A stretch of 62,391 nt of DNA, counting the filler. It is 14 parts of 14 records of this genome, joined end to end, with 100 filler letters (N's around TTAATTAATTAA, not from the genome) between each part and the next. Parts side by side here need not be neighbours in the genome. Positions count along the whole stretch, not along the records: positions 12,396 to 15,875 come from SRR15195285_15135; positions 15,976 to 20,172 come from SRR15195285_15274; positions 20,273 to 23,602 come from SRR15195285_15290; positions 23,703 to 28,015 come from SRR15195285_15375; 10 more parts are not named here. One strand, written 5' to 3'. The position numbers and the translations under genes were made by a program. Shown here piece by piece: positions 12,296 to 25,849 of the stretch; position 1 is the stretch's first letter, and the number at the start of each line of letters is the position of its first letter. Under the pieces are notes generated by a model. It saw only the letters and a program-made list of their open reading frames with translations, searched no databases and was not told where the DNA came from.

Positions 12296-12936
12296 NNNNN
12301 NNNNNNNNNNNNNNNNNNNNNNNNNNNNNNNNNNNNNNNTTAATTAATTAANNNNNNNNNNNNNNNNNNNNNNNNNNNNNNNNNNNNNNNNNNNNCCTAC
12401 GAGACTGACAGGCCGCGGCCACGCCAGCCGAGCGCTTAGCTCGATTCTACCCTTGAGCGCCGGAAGTCCATCTTCGAGTGTATGTACTATGCGGTGGCCG
12501 TTCAGGCGCCATTCCGAGGGAGTGGCACCGGTCAGGAAGTGGCGCCAAACGGGGGACCGGGGGTGGCGCCGGTCTGTGGCGATTGGTGCTAAGTGAAAAG
12601 CATCAGCCGCCACAAACCGTTGTAAGTTTATAAGAGATGAACGAGCCGAGAGGCATTTAAAAAACGCAAAAAAACGCTTGCATTGCGTATGCATTGAATT
12701 AGCCAATAGTTGTAGTATTCATTTCGGATAGCATAGACAGTGAGTCGGATTCCTGCCAGCTGCAGTGTGTATATTTATGTTATGTTCTAATGTAGCAATG
12801 CATTGAATGCGCGCGCACGGCGGCCGGCGCCGATCGCGCGCGCATGCGCACGCGCGTACGGCGCGTGCGCGTGTTCGCGCGCGACGACTCGCGCTCTGCC
12901 GCGCCCGGCGGCGTCGCCGGTGGCGCGCGACGGAGA

Positions 12937-14418
12937 ATGGACTCCGACCGATTGATGGCAGCGATTGCCCTTGTATGTGCAGCTTTGTGGGCGCCACACA
13001 GTGCTAAGGCGACGGTATCAGAGCAGCAGCAGCAGCCTTACCTTCTGAACGTCGGCGCAAAACCGCCATATACTCAGTCGGAGTTACCTGCGGGCGTTGC
13101 CCAGGGACGAGTCGTGCTGCTCACAACTTGGTTCGGCCAAATGCCCTGTATCGGGTGCGCCGGTCACTACGCAGGGACGGACAAATGGTGCAATGGCGGT
13201 ATTCCTCAGCTAGCAAACACTACTGCACATGTGGCTGCAATGGAGAAAGAGATGGACACAAGCATCCCAGACAAGGATTTCGACGGTTTCATTGTCCAGT
13301 GCGCCACAGCTCCAGTCACCTTCCTTTTCGTTCTGAGGCGTGTGAGAAGGTTCTGCTGACACGCAGCCGTTTCTCTGCGCTGGTGCCTCAGCGACTGGGA
13401 AGCCTGGGAAGCAACATGGGGATACGCGAGTGGCGCCTACCGCAATGCATCCATCGCTCTCGCTCGATCGCAGAACCCAGGAAAGTCCGAATCAGAGCTG
13501 GAAACCTTGGCAGCAGCCGCGTATACGAATTCCAGCGTCGAGCTCCTCGCGTTGACCGCTCGAACATCACAACGTTTGCGTCCGAATGCGAAGGTTGGGT
13601 TCTGTAAGTTCATTCACAATACTTCTGCACACGTTTGTTTTTCGTCTACATCAGCATCTGTGAGCGGAAGGTAGGTTGGTAAGTACTTTCGTATGACTCG
13701 GATGTGCCACAGATGGCCTGCCGCACAAACAATACTGGCCTCAACCTCAGCTCAACAAGACCCAACAGGGCTGGAATGACCTGTTCATGCCAGTCTGGAA
13801 AGCTTGCAGCGCTCTGTACCCGTCTATCTACCTGCCGTACGAAAGTGGCTGCCACGAAGTCGGGTGTCAATCTCTCAAACTCAATACGGACTACGTAGAT
13901 GCGACAATTGGGGAAGCCCTGCGAGTCAGCAAGCTAGTCGGCGATTCGCAGCTCCCGGTATTGCCTTACGCGTGGTATCGGTACGCTTGACTCATGCGAC
14001 TGCACTGCGTTGTTCTGTCAAGATGCGTAGTGCCCCGCTTGCAACTTGCTGTTGCATGACGTCCTTTTTGGCTACCGTATGTCTGCGCAGTTACCATGAT
14101 GGCGAGCCGAAGGGATTGCAGCTTCTGAACGAACTGGATGCACAGCTTCAATTCTCGCACCCGTTGAAGCAGGCTGGGGTCGACAATGTTATAATATGGG
14201 GTGACGAAGAACAGCCGGCTGGACGAACGGCACTACTTCAGTGGTTTAAGAATCACTCAGACATCTTTGGTGGTGATGTCGACATTGTTGATCCAGCAGC
14301 TACACACGTACAACGTGCCTCGGATCGTCAACAGTACAACGGTTTGGTAGACGCACTGAAACGTCCGCCGATTCCTCGCGATGGACCGATCCCAGAGTAC
14401 ACGGAGTGTGGTTTGTAG
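12937..14418 (+). CDS. Secreted GH56 hyaluronidase-like glycoside hydrolase; join(12937..13298,13392..13603,13713..13980,14091..14418)
   Basis: Signal peptide. The spliced product has NGGIPQ, IPDKDFDGFIVHDWEAW (catalytic DxE), LRPNAKVGFYG, NDLFMPVWKACSALYPSIYL and VIIWG, all collinear GH56 motifs. Three GT-AG introns. Confidence 0.85.
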
Positions 14419-15640
14419 TGCTAGTAGGGCCAGAGTTGAAAGAGTTCCAACGTGGGAAGTTGCAATGTACAGAAGACTCGTGTCCGTGTTCCATACAGAT
14501 TACATAATTTTACGTACAACAGCAAAGAGCTGCGATGAGCGGCCTGCCGTGCTCTTTGCAAAGCAAAAATTTCGAGCGGGTCTCAGGGTCGATTTGAGTC
14601 TGCTGTTGCGGCTGCGGATCATCGGCGTTGCTAAACCAGTCAAGTCCCCGTGCAAGCCGAAAATGCTGCTCATTCAAGAAAACTTGCCGCCTCCAGAGGC
14701 CCACCCTGTCCCATCAACAATCATCTTGCTTGCATCGGGTGCGTGGCGCACAAAATGGACTGTTCGACCATGCCCATGCCCACTGCGCCGGCCTGTGCCA
14801 CCACGTGAAGCTTCTCGCTCCAGTGCCGTGAGAATATTCTGCCGCCTCGCTAAGGTGAGCTCAAGGCTCGCGTTTTTTTCGAGCATGGTTCCACAGCTCT
14901 CCAAAAATTGTGAAACGCCGAGAAAAGAGAGTACCCCCGCAAGCTGCATTGGCCCTTCGCGCCTGTTCTGGACATGTGGCCTATCGAAAGCCTCAAAATA
15001 TGGGTGGAAGAAAGCACCTTGGTGACATTCGAGTGTCACAAGCTCTGTCACCTCTGTCATGGCTGGATAGCGTGGGACAATTGGAGCATGAAATGCACAA
15101 CTGGGCAAGGGTACGTGCGGGTAAATACTGAGGCAGCGACGAAGGTTTTTGTTCGCGCCGAGGTCGATGCACTGCCGCGCAGTCGTCAAACAACCACCAA
15201 GGAAGCGGTCCAGCGAAGCTGAGATCAAGAGGTTGCCTGGCACTGTATCGCAGTTTGCCCAGTCAGTAGTGGAGGCAATTTTGGGTTTCCGTCGTTTGGA
15301 TGGCGGCATGGAGATGTGCCAAAAGTAAACGACCTGTCGTCGACGGATGGGAGTGAGGATGAGGATGAGGATGAAGATGTGGCTGGTTCTACGGGCCCCA
15401 TGAACGAAGGCGATTGGTGCGACGAGATGTTCACCAAGTACGCAACTCACCACCGCGAGATACTGTGAGGGGCCCTCGTGCGACAGCGTTACCTTCGGGG
15501 CAGGCTCCTCGAGCTCGTCGATGCCTGTGGAGTGCAACAGTGTGCTGCTCATTCCCAATCTAGTCAGCGCCACGGAGTGTGAGCAGCTCATCGCGGATGT
15601 GGAGCAGCGCCGACGGCTCGTCGGCGAGGGCGGAGGAGTT

Positions 15641-15843
15641 AGGGTCGCTGCTAATTCCATACGCCCAAGTGTCTCCGATCTCACCGGTCAGCACCGGCAG
15701 TGCACCACGCGCAGCAGGTTGCAGCAGCGCCTCAACAATTACATCAAGCCCACCAGACACAACTTCTGCCCCTGGAAACTTTTCTCGCGCTTGCTCATAG
15801 AGCTTCAATACCGCTGCCGCATCGGCGACGTTCGGGCCGGAAT
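15641..15843 (-). pseudogene. Truncated exon of a DUF5054-like glycoside hydrolase
   Basis: After a TAG acceptor: SGPNVADAAAVLKLYEQAREKFPGAEVVSGGLD...LPVLTGEIGDTWAYGISSDP, matching the DUF5054 motif LPVVTxEIGDTWxxGxxSDP. Similarity ends abruptly after SDP and a stop follows at 15560. Confidence 0.55.
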
Positions 15844-16020
15844 CTAGGCGCATCGTCCTCGAGGCATGAGCCGCCNNNNNNNNNNNNNNNNNNNNNNNNN
15901 NNNNNNNNNNNNNNNNNNNTTAATTAATTAANNNNNNNNNNNNNNNNNNNNNNNNNNNNNNNNNNNNNNNNNNNNATATGTCAGACGAAGGCAAATGTAC
16001 AGTACGCGGTTCCCGCGCCC

Positions 16021-16093
16021 GTAGGAATTCCTACCGTACTGCGTGTAGGATCCTACACTCAACTCTCACGGCGGCGGGTAGCATACAGCTGTA
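16021..16093. promoter_or_regulatory. Cluster of palindromic upstream motifs (GTAGGAATTCCTAC, GTGTAGGATCCTACAC, TACAGCTGTA)
   Basis: Perfect palindromes at 16021-16034, 16043-16058 and 16084-16093, about 110-180 bp upstream of the ATG at 16199. The same motif families occur upstream of other genes. Confidence 0.5.
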
Positions 16094-16198
16094 GGGTCGC
16101 TCGCTCGGCGGACGCGGCGGCACGCGCGGCTCGGCAGGATAGAGGATTGTTCGTGCTGCCGACCTGCTCTCAGGCTCTTTTTGCAGGCTCTTGAAAGC

Positions 16199-17752
16199 AT
16201 GGTGCACCCGGCGGCGGTGGCGGACACGCTGCTGCGCTGGGCGGGCGGCAGCGGCTACACCGGCGGTGAGGCCGCCGCAGACCCGGAGGCAGTGTCGCTG
16301 CTGCTTCGCGCCGCGTGTGCGCTGTGGCGGGCGTCGCCGAATGATTCGGTGCAGGCGCGGCAGCTGGAGCATGTGCGGGCACTCGCAGCGCTGCTGCGCA
16401 GCCTCAGCAACCTAGACAAGGCGGGCACGCGCGACCACTGGGGTCCCGCCTCCCCAGCTCAGACCCCAGGCGGTGGAGACTGGAGCGCTGAGTGCACATG
16501 GTCAGACACCAACAAGCTTTTTGCCACCAAACCGAAGCAGCACGGGGGCACCGCTGTGGCCACTGCAGCGGCCGGGCACGCTCTGCTTGATGCCCACGAG
16601 GTCCTTGTTGGAGAAGGAGACCTCGACAGCTCCGCAGCAGTGCGTGCAGCTGCCGAGAGCGCCGCCGAATGGATTGTCGAGGACTGCGGCCACGTACGCA
16701 CGGCAGCTGGACCGGTGTTTCGCTGGGCTCCCGGTATGGCGCACCAGGTGTACCATGCCAGCGCTGCCGCGGCTGGATTCCTAGCACGAGTAGCGTTGGT
16801 CCTGTCCAGGGACGCGTGGCTCAAGATGGCTGTTGCTGCAGTGCCCGCTCTCCCGCAGTCCAAGAGAACAGGGGCTCAACAGTTCACGCTGGCCGCCGAG
16901 GATAGCACTGTCAACGCTACCTACCACGCTGCGATATGTGAGAGCCTCGCAGTAATCCACCGTGCCAGTGGCTCAGCAGAGGCGGAGCACCTGCTACGCC
17001 GTGGTGGTGCCTATATTCGTCAGGAGCTCTTCAAGCTGCAGCCGAAGAGCCCGGACACGAGTCCGCCGACAGGGGTGCTGGAAACTTTGGGTGTCAGAGC
17101 GCACGCCGCCTGTATCGCGGCGGGCATGAACATTTTCAAGCAGATCGAGGACGCAGATGGGGACCAAGGCCTCGCCTTTGCTAAAATTGCATCCACATGG
17201 ATGACGTCAGCAGACTCTGGCATGCGTGCCACCGACGACACTGGAGTCTTTCTCTCCGAGGTCGGAGAACCAATGCCATTGGCGGTACAGGCGGCGTGTG
17301 CGTACGCGTTCGCACTGCTCCTCGAAGCACCCGAGCACAAGCGAACCACAGTCACGAAGTCCGGTGGAGGCAATGCGGGCAAGAGTGGGTCTTCACTGAG
17401 TGATCTCGTGATGAGCATCTTGGAGCCCGGTGTCTCTACAGCCACGCACATTGTGATGCAAGTGTCTCTGGTCATCATGTTTGTGACGCTCGGCGCACTG
17501 ATTGTGGTGATCGGCCCAGACAGTGAGGTTCGGGTCCACCTCATTGTGATGTTCTCGCTCGGAGTAGGACTGGTTCTATCGTACATGTGGTTCATGGCGG
17601 CGATGTCAGAAATGGAAGAGGAGGAGCCGGTAGCCACAGCTGATCAAAGCGACGAGAAGAACGGCAGTGACACTCAAACCGACGTTCGGGTAGAGGGGAC
17701 GAAGAAGTCTAAGTCAGCCAAGAAGCCGCAGCGCAGCAAAAAAGCAGACTAA
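16199..17752 (+). CDS. Helical (six-hairpin-glycosidase-like) domain fused to a C-terminal Pkr1-like two-TM module
   Basis: Open frame of about 517 aa. The C-terminal LSDLVMSILEPGVSTATHIVMQVSL...VHLIVMFSLGVGLVLSYMWF resembles the V-ATPase assembly factor Pkr1. It ends KKAD, a KKxx-type ER retrieval signal. An upstream exon is possible (TTTTGCAG before the ATG). Confidence 0.65.
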   Translation: MVHPAAVADTLLRWAGGSGYTGGEAAADPEAVSLLLRAACALWRASPNDSVQARQLEHVRALAALLRSLSNLDKAGTRDHWGPASPAQTPGGGDWSAECTWSDTNKLFATKPKQHGGTAVATAAAGHALLDAHEVLVGEGDLDSSAAVRAAAESAAEWIVEDCGHVRTAAGPVFRWAPGMAHQVYHASAAAAGFLARVALVLSRDAWLKMAVAAVPALPQSKRTGAQQFTLAAEDSTVNATYHAAICESLAVIHRASGSAEAEHLLRRGGAYIRQELFKLQPKSPDTSPPTGVLETLGVRAHAACIAAGMNIFKQIEDADGDQGLAFAKIASTWMTSADSGMRATDDTGVFLSEVGEPMPLAVQAACAYAFALLLEAPEHKRTTVTKSGGGNAGKSGSSLSDLVMSILEPGVSTATHIVMQVSLVIMFVTLGALIVVIGPDSEVRVHLIVMFSLGVGLVLSYMWFMAAMSEMEEEEPVATADQSDEKNGSDTQTDVRVEGTKKSKSAKKPQRSKKAD

Positions 17753-17907
17753 TGTCGCAGTGACTGGTGCAATGTGGTAGTACATCGGAACGCATCGGAA
17801 TACAGTGATTGCTGTTCACATTCGTGTACATAACGACGCATCCAGCGTCGGAGAATGGAATGGAGCATTCTTCAGACATGTTTGGCAGTGTCCCCTTTGT
17901 GAGCATT

Positions 17908-20172
17908 CTAGCGCAAGATGAGAGCATCGGCGATACCCAAGTCCAGCTGGTACGAAACGCCTGTGCTCGACCCACCGTTCTTAGGCAACTCTCTCACCTT
18001 GCCTCCTGTCGCCAGCGTCGCTTTCATACCTTGCTTCACGGCAGGAATGTTCACGGTCACTGTTAGATTGGTGAGGTTCTCTGTGCCCGCCCAGTTGACA
18101 AGCGGGATTGCTACACCTTTGCCTGTCTTCGAAACGACGGGCTTTCCGTGGACAAGAGAGTTTGAGCAGTTCACCTGCTGTACCACACCTGCGGTTGCTG
18201 AGATGTTTTTGATCGTTGCCAAGACATCTGCGTTGAACTGTGTCGGTATGAAGTGCGTATACGCATCATCCGTGCCTCCGCGATCCGCTGGCCGCACTGG
18301 CATCGCTGGCAAAAAGTAGGACAGCCCCAAATAAAACGAAAAGTAGAAGACCGCACCCTTACCGCTGGTGGTATGGATTGCAGCTGGTGAGCGTTTGGCG
18401 TCATCATAGCTTGCGATCACGGTTGACGTCGCGGCCGGGGTGAAGAAATGTCTCACTGCGGCGGCCACAGCAGTGGCATTTGCGCCCCCACTATCATCGG
18501 CTGGAGCCCAGCTTGCTGTGCCTAGCGTGGTAGCGTTGACTAAGTCCTGCTTGATAAACTGGACTTCAGAGGGCTCGTACGTCGCTATGTTAGCAACGCC
18601 AAGCAGCTTCGACATGACTGCGTTTGTCTTGTTGAGTTCGTCAAACATGCCAGCACCCGCCGTGGCAATCAGAGTGCCACCAGCAGCAACCCAGGCTGAA
18701 AGTGCAGTGGACGCCTTCTGACTGACATGTGTGTCTGCGAGATAAATAAGCTTGTACGTGTTCAGGGTCGCACCGATGTCAGCCTCGACGACCATATCGA
18801 CCGCCAGCTCGGCGTGTTGCAGCGCGATGTACATGGCGCGCTTACCTGCCAGGAATGTGTTGAAATGCTGACCAGTTTTGCCCACAGGTTGCGTAGCTGG
18901 GCCCCAGATGTCCATTGCGTCTGAGTTCCAGATGCCGACGTCGCCATACGCCACTCTACCACTCTGGATGATGTCTTCAAAGATAGAAAGCTCACCTAGA
19001 GCTTGACGCACCGCGCCATACAACCCCCAGCCAGCGTCCACGTAGTTCTCGGTGTAGGAAGCGAGGCAGGGACGAAACTCGTAGAGATTGATCATCGTGA
19101 CCCCGTGGGCAAGGTAGCCAAACATTGCGCGTCGCCACATCTTTGCTGTCGTACCAGGCGCATGCGCCATAATGTACGACATCATCCGCGAAGTTTCCGG
19201 TGTTTTGTCTACGCCACGGAGCCCAGCTCGGAATAAATCATGCAGAATCGTAGTCATTTGTTGGGTGCCAATCGGCGATTGCCACGTGTAGTCTTCGCTC
19301 CAAGGGAGCGTCATTGCTCCCTCACGGAATATTGTGACCGCCTTGTTGATTGGATACCAGTACTGAAATTGAGTGTAGCCACCAGCTGAGTAGGCAAGCG
19401 GCGAGTAGTTGGCTCCGACTGCAGCATTTTTGAGAGCCTTGGTGATCGCTTTGGTGGCGGGGGCTAGGACTGACAGTCCGTACGCGTTTACGAATAGGTT
19501 GGAGTAGAGAAACTGCTGTGGATTGCAGTGCTTCGGATCAAAGCAAATGGTCGCGTTGAACGTCAGGCCTGCTGGGTAGTGGTTCTGTGATAGGAACTGT
19601 TTGAAAAGTGCTGCTCCTGCTGCACCGGAGGGTGTCGCGAGCGCAATCTCATCTCCCATAGATACCACCATGTAGTCATCCGCAACACCCGCCGCAGTGA
19701 GATTTCCTAGCGCATAACCAAGTTTAGTGGGGCTGGAGTAAATGGCGCGGGCTTCAAGATATCCGCGTTTGGTTGCTTTTTGGTCAGCAGAAATCTGACC
19801 AACCGCTGCGAGGCTCGTGTCAGATATAGGAAACATCTGGTTAAACTCTGCTGCCTTTGCGGCGTAACCCGGGTCCAATGAGGTATCCAGAAAGCAAGAC
19901 GGCTCGATATCGCGGATGAACGTAGAGGTGCAGAAAGTGTATCCCCAAATAGGGGTCAGCTTGGGTGGTGTCGCTCCAGCTGGCAAAACTGCCGTCTGTG
20001 CTTCGGCCAGAGCCTCGTCAATGGAGGCGTCTGGGCGACGGATTCGCTTTGTCGCTACGGTATTGGCATCAAAGGCCACTTGCAGAAACGCGTTCTTAGT
20101 AGAGAACGGCTTGCTGATTGGGACGATACTGCCCTTCTCCATCACACCAAACTGGATGGTGTATGCGGGTGC
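17908..20172 (-). CDS. GH42/beta-galactosidase-trimerisation-domain-like glycoside hydrolase (5' partial, no introns in the visible part)
   Basis: 745+ aa ORF open at the contig end. Contains MTLPWSEDYTWQ and YEFRPCLASYTENY, and a class I GATase-like block YKLIYLADTHVSQKASTALSAWVAAGGTLIATAGAGMFDE. Confidence 0.75.
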   Translation of the reverse strand, partial: APAYTIQFGVMEKGSIVPISKPFSTKNAFLQVAFDANTVATKRIRRPDASIDEALAEAQTAVLPAGATPPKLTPIWGYTFCTSTFIRDIEPSCFLDTSLDPGYAAKAAEFNQMFPISDTSLAAVGQISADQKATKRGYLEARAIYSSPTKLGYALGNLTAAGVADDYMVVSMGDEIALATPSGAAGAALFKQFLSQNHYPAGLTFNATICFDPKHCNPQQFLYSNLFVNAYGLSVLAPATKAITKALKNAAVGANYSPLAYSAGGYTQFQYWYPINKAVTIFREGAMTLPWSEDYTWQSPIGTQQMTTILHDLFRAGLRGVDKTPETSRMMSYIMAHAPGTTAKMWRRAMFGYLAHGVTMINLYEFRPCLASYTENYVDAGWGLYGAVRQALGELSIFEDIIQSGRVAYGDVGIWNSDAMDIWGPATQPVGKTGQHFNTFLAGKRAMYIALQHAELAVDMVVEADIGATLNTYKLIYLADTHVSQKASTALSAWVAAGGTLIATAGAGMFDELNKTNAVMSKLLGVANIATYEPSEVQFIKQDLVNATTLGTASWAPADDSGGANATAVAAAVRHFFTPAATSTVIASYDDAKRSPAAIHTTSGKGAVFYFSFYLGLSYFLPAMPVRPADRGGTDDAYTHFIPTQFNADVLATIKNISATAGVVQQVNCSNSLVHGKPVVSKTGKGVAIPLVNWAGTENLTNLTVTVNIPAVKQGMKATLATGGKVRELPKNGGSSTGVSYQLDLGIADALILR

Positions 20173-20272
20173 NNNNNNNNNNNNNNNNNNNNNNNNNNNN
20201 NNNNNNNNNNNNNNNNTTAATTAATTAANNNNNNNNNNNNNNNNNNNNNNNNNNNNNNNNNNNNNNNNNNNN

Positions 20273-22864
<2,592 letters not shown>

Positions 22865-22942
22865 GGCTGCTACTGCCAGGCCAGCACGCGCTGGGCCAGC
22901 TGCTTACGCCCAGCGGCCCATCGTCGTCCTCCGTCGCTGCCG

Positions 22943-23067
22943 CCGGTGCTGCATGGTCCGCCAGCCACGTGAGGACAAACTCGTATTCATTCACAAGTTT
23001 TGTATTGAATTTCCGTGTGATTTGAATTTTGAATCCGGTGCTGCATGGTCCTCGCGCCAGCCACGTG
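22943..23067. repeat. 63-bp AT-rich insert (22972-23034) flanked by imperfect direct repeats (22943-22971 and 23035-23067)
   Basis: Copy 1 is CCGGTGCTGCATGGTC-CGCCAGCCACGTG; copy 2 is identical apart from a 4-nt insertion after ATGGTC. Confidence 0.85.
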
Positions 23068-24292
23068 CGATGCAATTCGCAAGCCGTCCGGCCGAGTGAC
23101 GCAAGAGACAACCGTTCTCCGTCGTGGATGCTGCCATGCTCTACATGTACGGCTGCCTCTGCCTCTGGAGAGGCAGAATTGGGGGTATTTGCTACACGAG
23201 TACAAGGTAACGTACGGGCGCTAGGGCTAAAAAACGGTAAGTTAACCAATTAGGCATGATGTGAAGAGGTGGTAGATATAGTAGATTTATTGTAGACGTA
23301 ACTATATCGGCCTGGTATACAATCGTTTACATGCAGAGGCAGAAAATGCCTCAGGCGGATTTCAAAATGCCTCTGAAAAATGGTCGCGCGCGTTGCCAGA
23401 CGGTTCTTCCCTGTCGCTGTCACATGCATCTGTCGCGCAATAGCGCATTGCATGTACGAACACGCTAATCATCAACAGCAGCCACGCGACTGTACACCCT
23501 GATGTCACAGAATGATCAATGTCGCATGACGCTGTAAATACGTCACCACATACGCACTGTGGGCAGCCCAAGAACCCGAGCCGCCCCCTGGCTTCACCGC
23601 TANNNNNNNNNNNNNNNNNNNNNNNNNNNNNNNNNNNNNNNNNNNNTTAATTAATTAANNNNNNNNNNNNNNNNNNNNNNNNNNNNNNNNNNNNNNNNNN
23701 NNGAATTCGAGCAAAATCACTGCAGATCACGGACTGTTCAACACATGTACCCATCACCTCCGAAGTCGAGGGGGCGGGTAAGACCGCTGCAAAAACTATC
23801 TCTGCAGCGGCCTTCCGAAGCGCAGATCGAATAGGGACGCAGTAAGTTAGAGCAGGGTCAGGTGAAGCATCGCCATCGCACGAGCTTGTCCGCCGTCCGC
23901 AGCAAGTTGCGACTGGCGGGGCCCGCGAACTCCGCAATTGCAATTCATCAATAGCGTACTTTACGTCATTTAGAAGTATGTGAATTTAGGCGAGTTTGTA
24001 TACATGAATTCATTTGTAAACTCGTGTAACTTCTTCTGAATTGAATATGAATCAACTAGTCGCTATGCATGCAGTTTGCATCACGATATTGCGTGGCCGT
24101 GTCCGCCGTCGCGCCGGCGCCGGTCCGTATCCGCGCGGCTCGACCGTCGCCCGCGGTCGAGTACGGACCGTGACGGAGCGGGAGCGCTACAGCTGTATGC
24201 GTATGCTGCAGACGCACATGGCCCGGGTCTCTACGTACTAATACGTACTGTGTAGCCGCTACAGCTGTAGAGGTTGCTTGCACAGTCCAGTG

Positions 24293-25531
24293 ATGCATAG
24301 TGGCAACAACACGTGCTCTACAACGATCGCGATCGCGCGGTGCTGGCTGCTGATGCTGGTGACGGTCGCCCCGCCCGGCGTGGTGTCAGCTAGTCTAGAC
24401 CGCACCCCCGCAGTGGTGCCACCTCATCTGCCAGCAGTGCCGGCAACTGCGCCGTGCGCGTGCAACAATATTCCGGATGCGCATGCCCGTGCTGCATGCT
24501 GTGGACGCCAGCACAATCGCTGCAGGCTCATGCCAGCAGCGAACGGGACTGGTTTTCCACTTGGGCTCTGTGTGCCACGGCAGCCAAAGCCACCACCACA
24601 CCTCTTTTTCGAGCCATGCAACATCTCTGATCCCCGGCAGCAGTGGGATCCTTCGCTTTTCGTTTTGAACCGTACTGCTGCTCCGCTGCGAAATCAAGCT
24701 CACGGTCAATGTGTCTCCACAAGAGATGAACGTCGTCAGCCGTACAATCCTGCCACCGGCCCGTACAATACCGCCACAGTATTGTGGGCACACGCGCCGG
24801 TGGTAGTGATCGAGGCAGCAGAGTGTGGCCAGGATGGCACTACATTCACGTACGACGCTGCCAGACAAACCATCGCTGTCGCCGAGTTTGGGCCCTCGAC
24901 GCCGTTTGGACGGGGACCAGGTGGCTGTCTGGACCTCGTCAGCTTGAACTACTCTGTGAGCGCGAGTACTGACATGTGAGCTTTCATGGATGGCCCAAAC
25001 TGCAACCGATCGCAGGTATTATCGGAAAATCGCGTTTGAATCTATGAATGTGTCGTTTGTCTGGCTGTATTGGCAGCTGGCCGTGTGCAGATGCAGCGCA
25101 CCACGCATGCGACCAACCCATGCAGCCGTGTTGGTCATATCCTGGCGAGATCTTCTGCCCGACAGACAGCGACCCGGAGAAACAATGCAAGGATGCAGCC
25201 GCCGCCGGGAACGCATCCAAGCCTCGGGTTCCTTTCCAAGAATTTAGTTACGAAACCCGCTCAGTGAGAACCGACTGTACACTGTAGAGAGCTGGTCTTG
25301 TGCCATCTATAATTTCTATGAGCCATAATTATGATGATTGTTGTGGTGCTCGTGCATCCCTGAGGTTGCTTGGATGACTAAACGCCACAGGGTCACATTC
25401 GCAGCACACTTCTACCAGGTTTGTGCATGTCTATCTCATTCGCTTGTGATCCGGAGCTGCGAACAAAGAATGGCCAAGTCGTAGGTGGGTTTAGAAAGTG
25501 GTGGGGAGCCTACGATTGTCTCGACGATTGA
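24293..25531 (+). CDS. Secreted Cys-rich ricin-B/beta-trefoil lectin-like protein; join(24293..24975,25077..25263,25391..25531)
   Basis: Hydrophobic N-terminus. Ricin-like units PCNISDPRQQW, HGQCVS, GGCLDL...TDIWPC and QEFSYETRSGHIRSTLLPGLCMSI are restored by two GTGAG...CAG introns. Confidence 0.7.
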
Positions 25532-25849
25532 GTTAAGCTATCAGTTCTATAGTGCCGTGTTGTGTCTTCGCAAGATGTTCCTAAGTGACGTACAGCAGAT
25601 GGATCAGCGGTGCGGAGCTATTTCGCAGTTCTAAGATAAAGATAATCTACAAGAAAAATCTCCGGGCATTCAGCGGGCTAGATTTTGGAGGCAGGAACGT
25701 GGTGCTGTGCTAATACAGCGACTTATTGCAATAGAAGGGCGTACGAAATCTGAGATAATTATGTTTGCACACCATCGCTCTGATCGCTGTTGCCACAACC
25801 TAACTCAGACCATGAAAAGAATATCACCTCAGGTACCGTGGCAAATCAA

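Noticed and set aside
14674..15684. 336-aa minus-strand ORF
   Set aside because: No recognisable motif. It is largely antisense to plus-strand coding-like fragments, so it is probably a shadow ORF.
25325..25390. Possible intronic C/D-box snoRNA (ATGATGA...CTGA...GGATGA)
   Set aside because: There is no terminal D box or closing stem before the splice acceptor at 25390.
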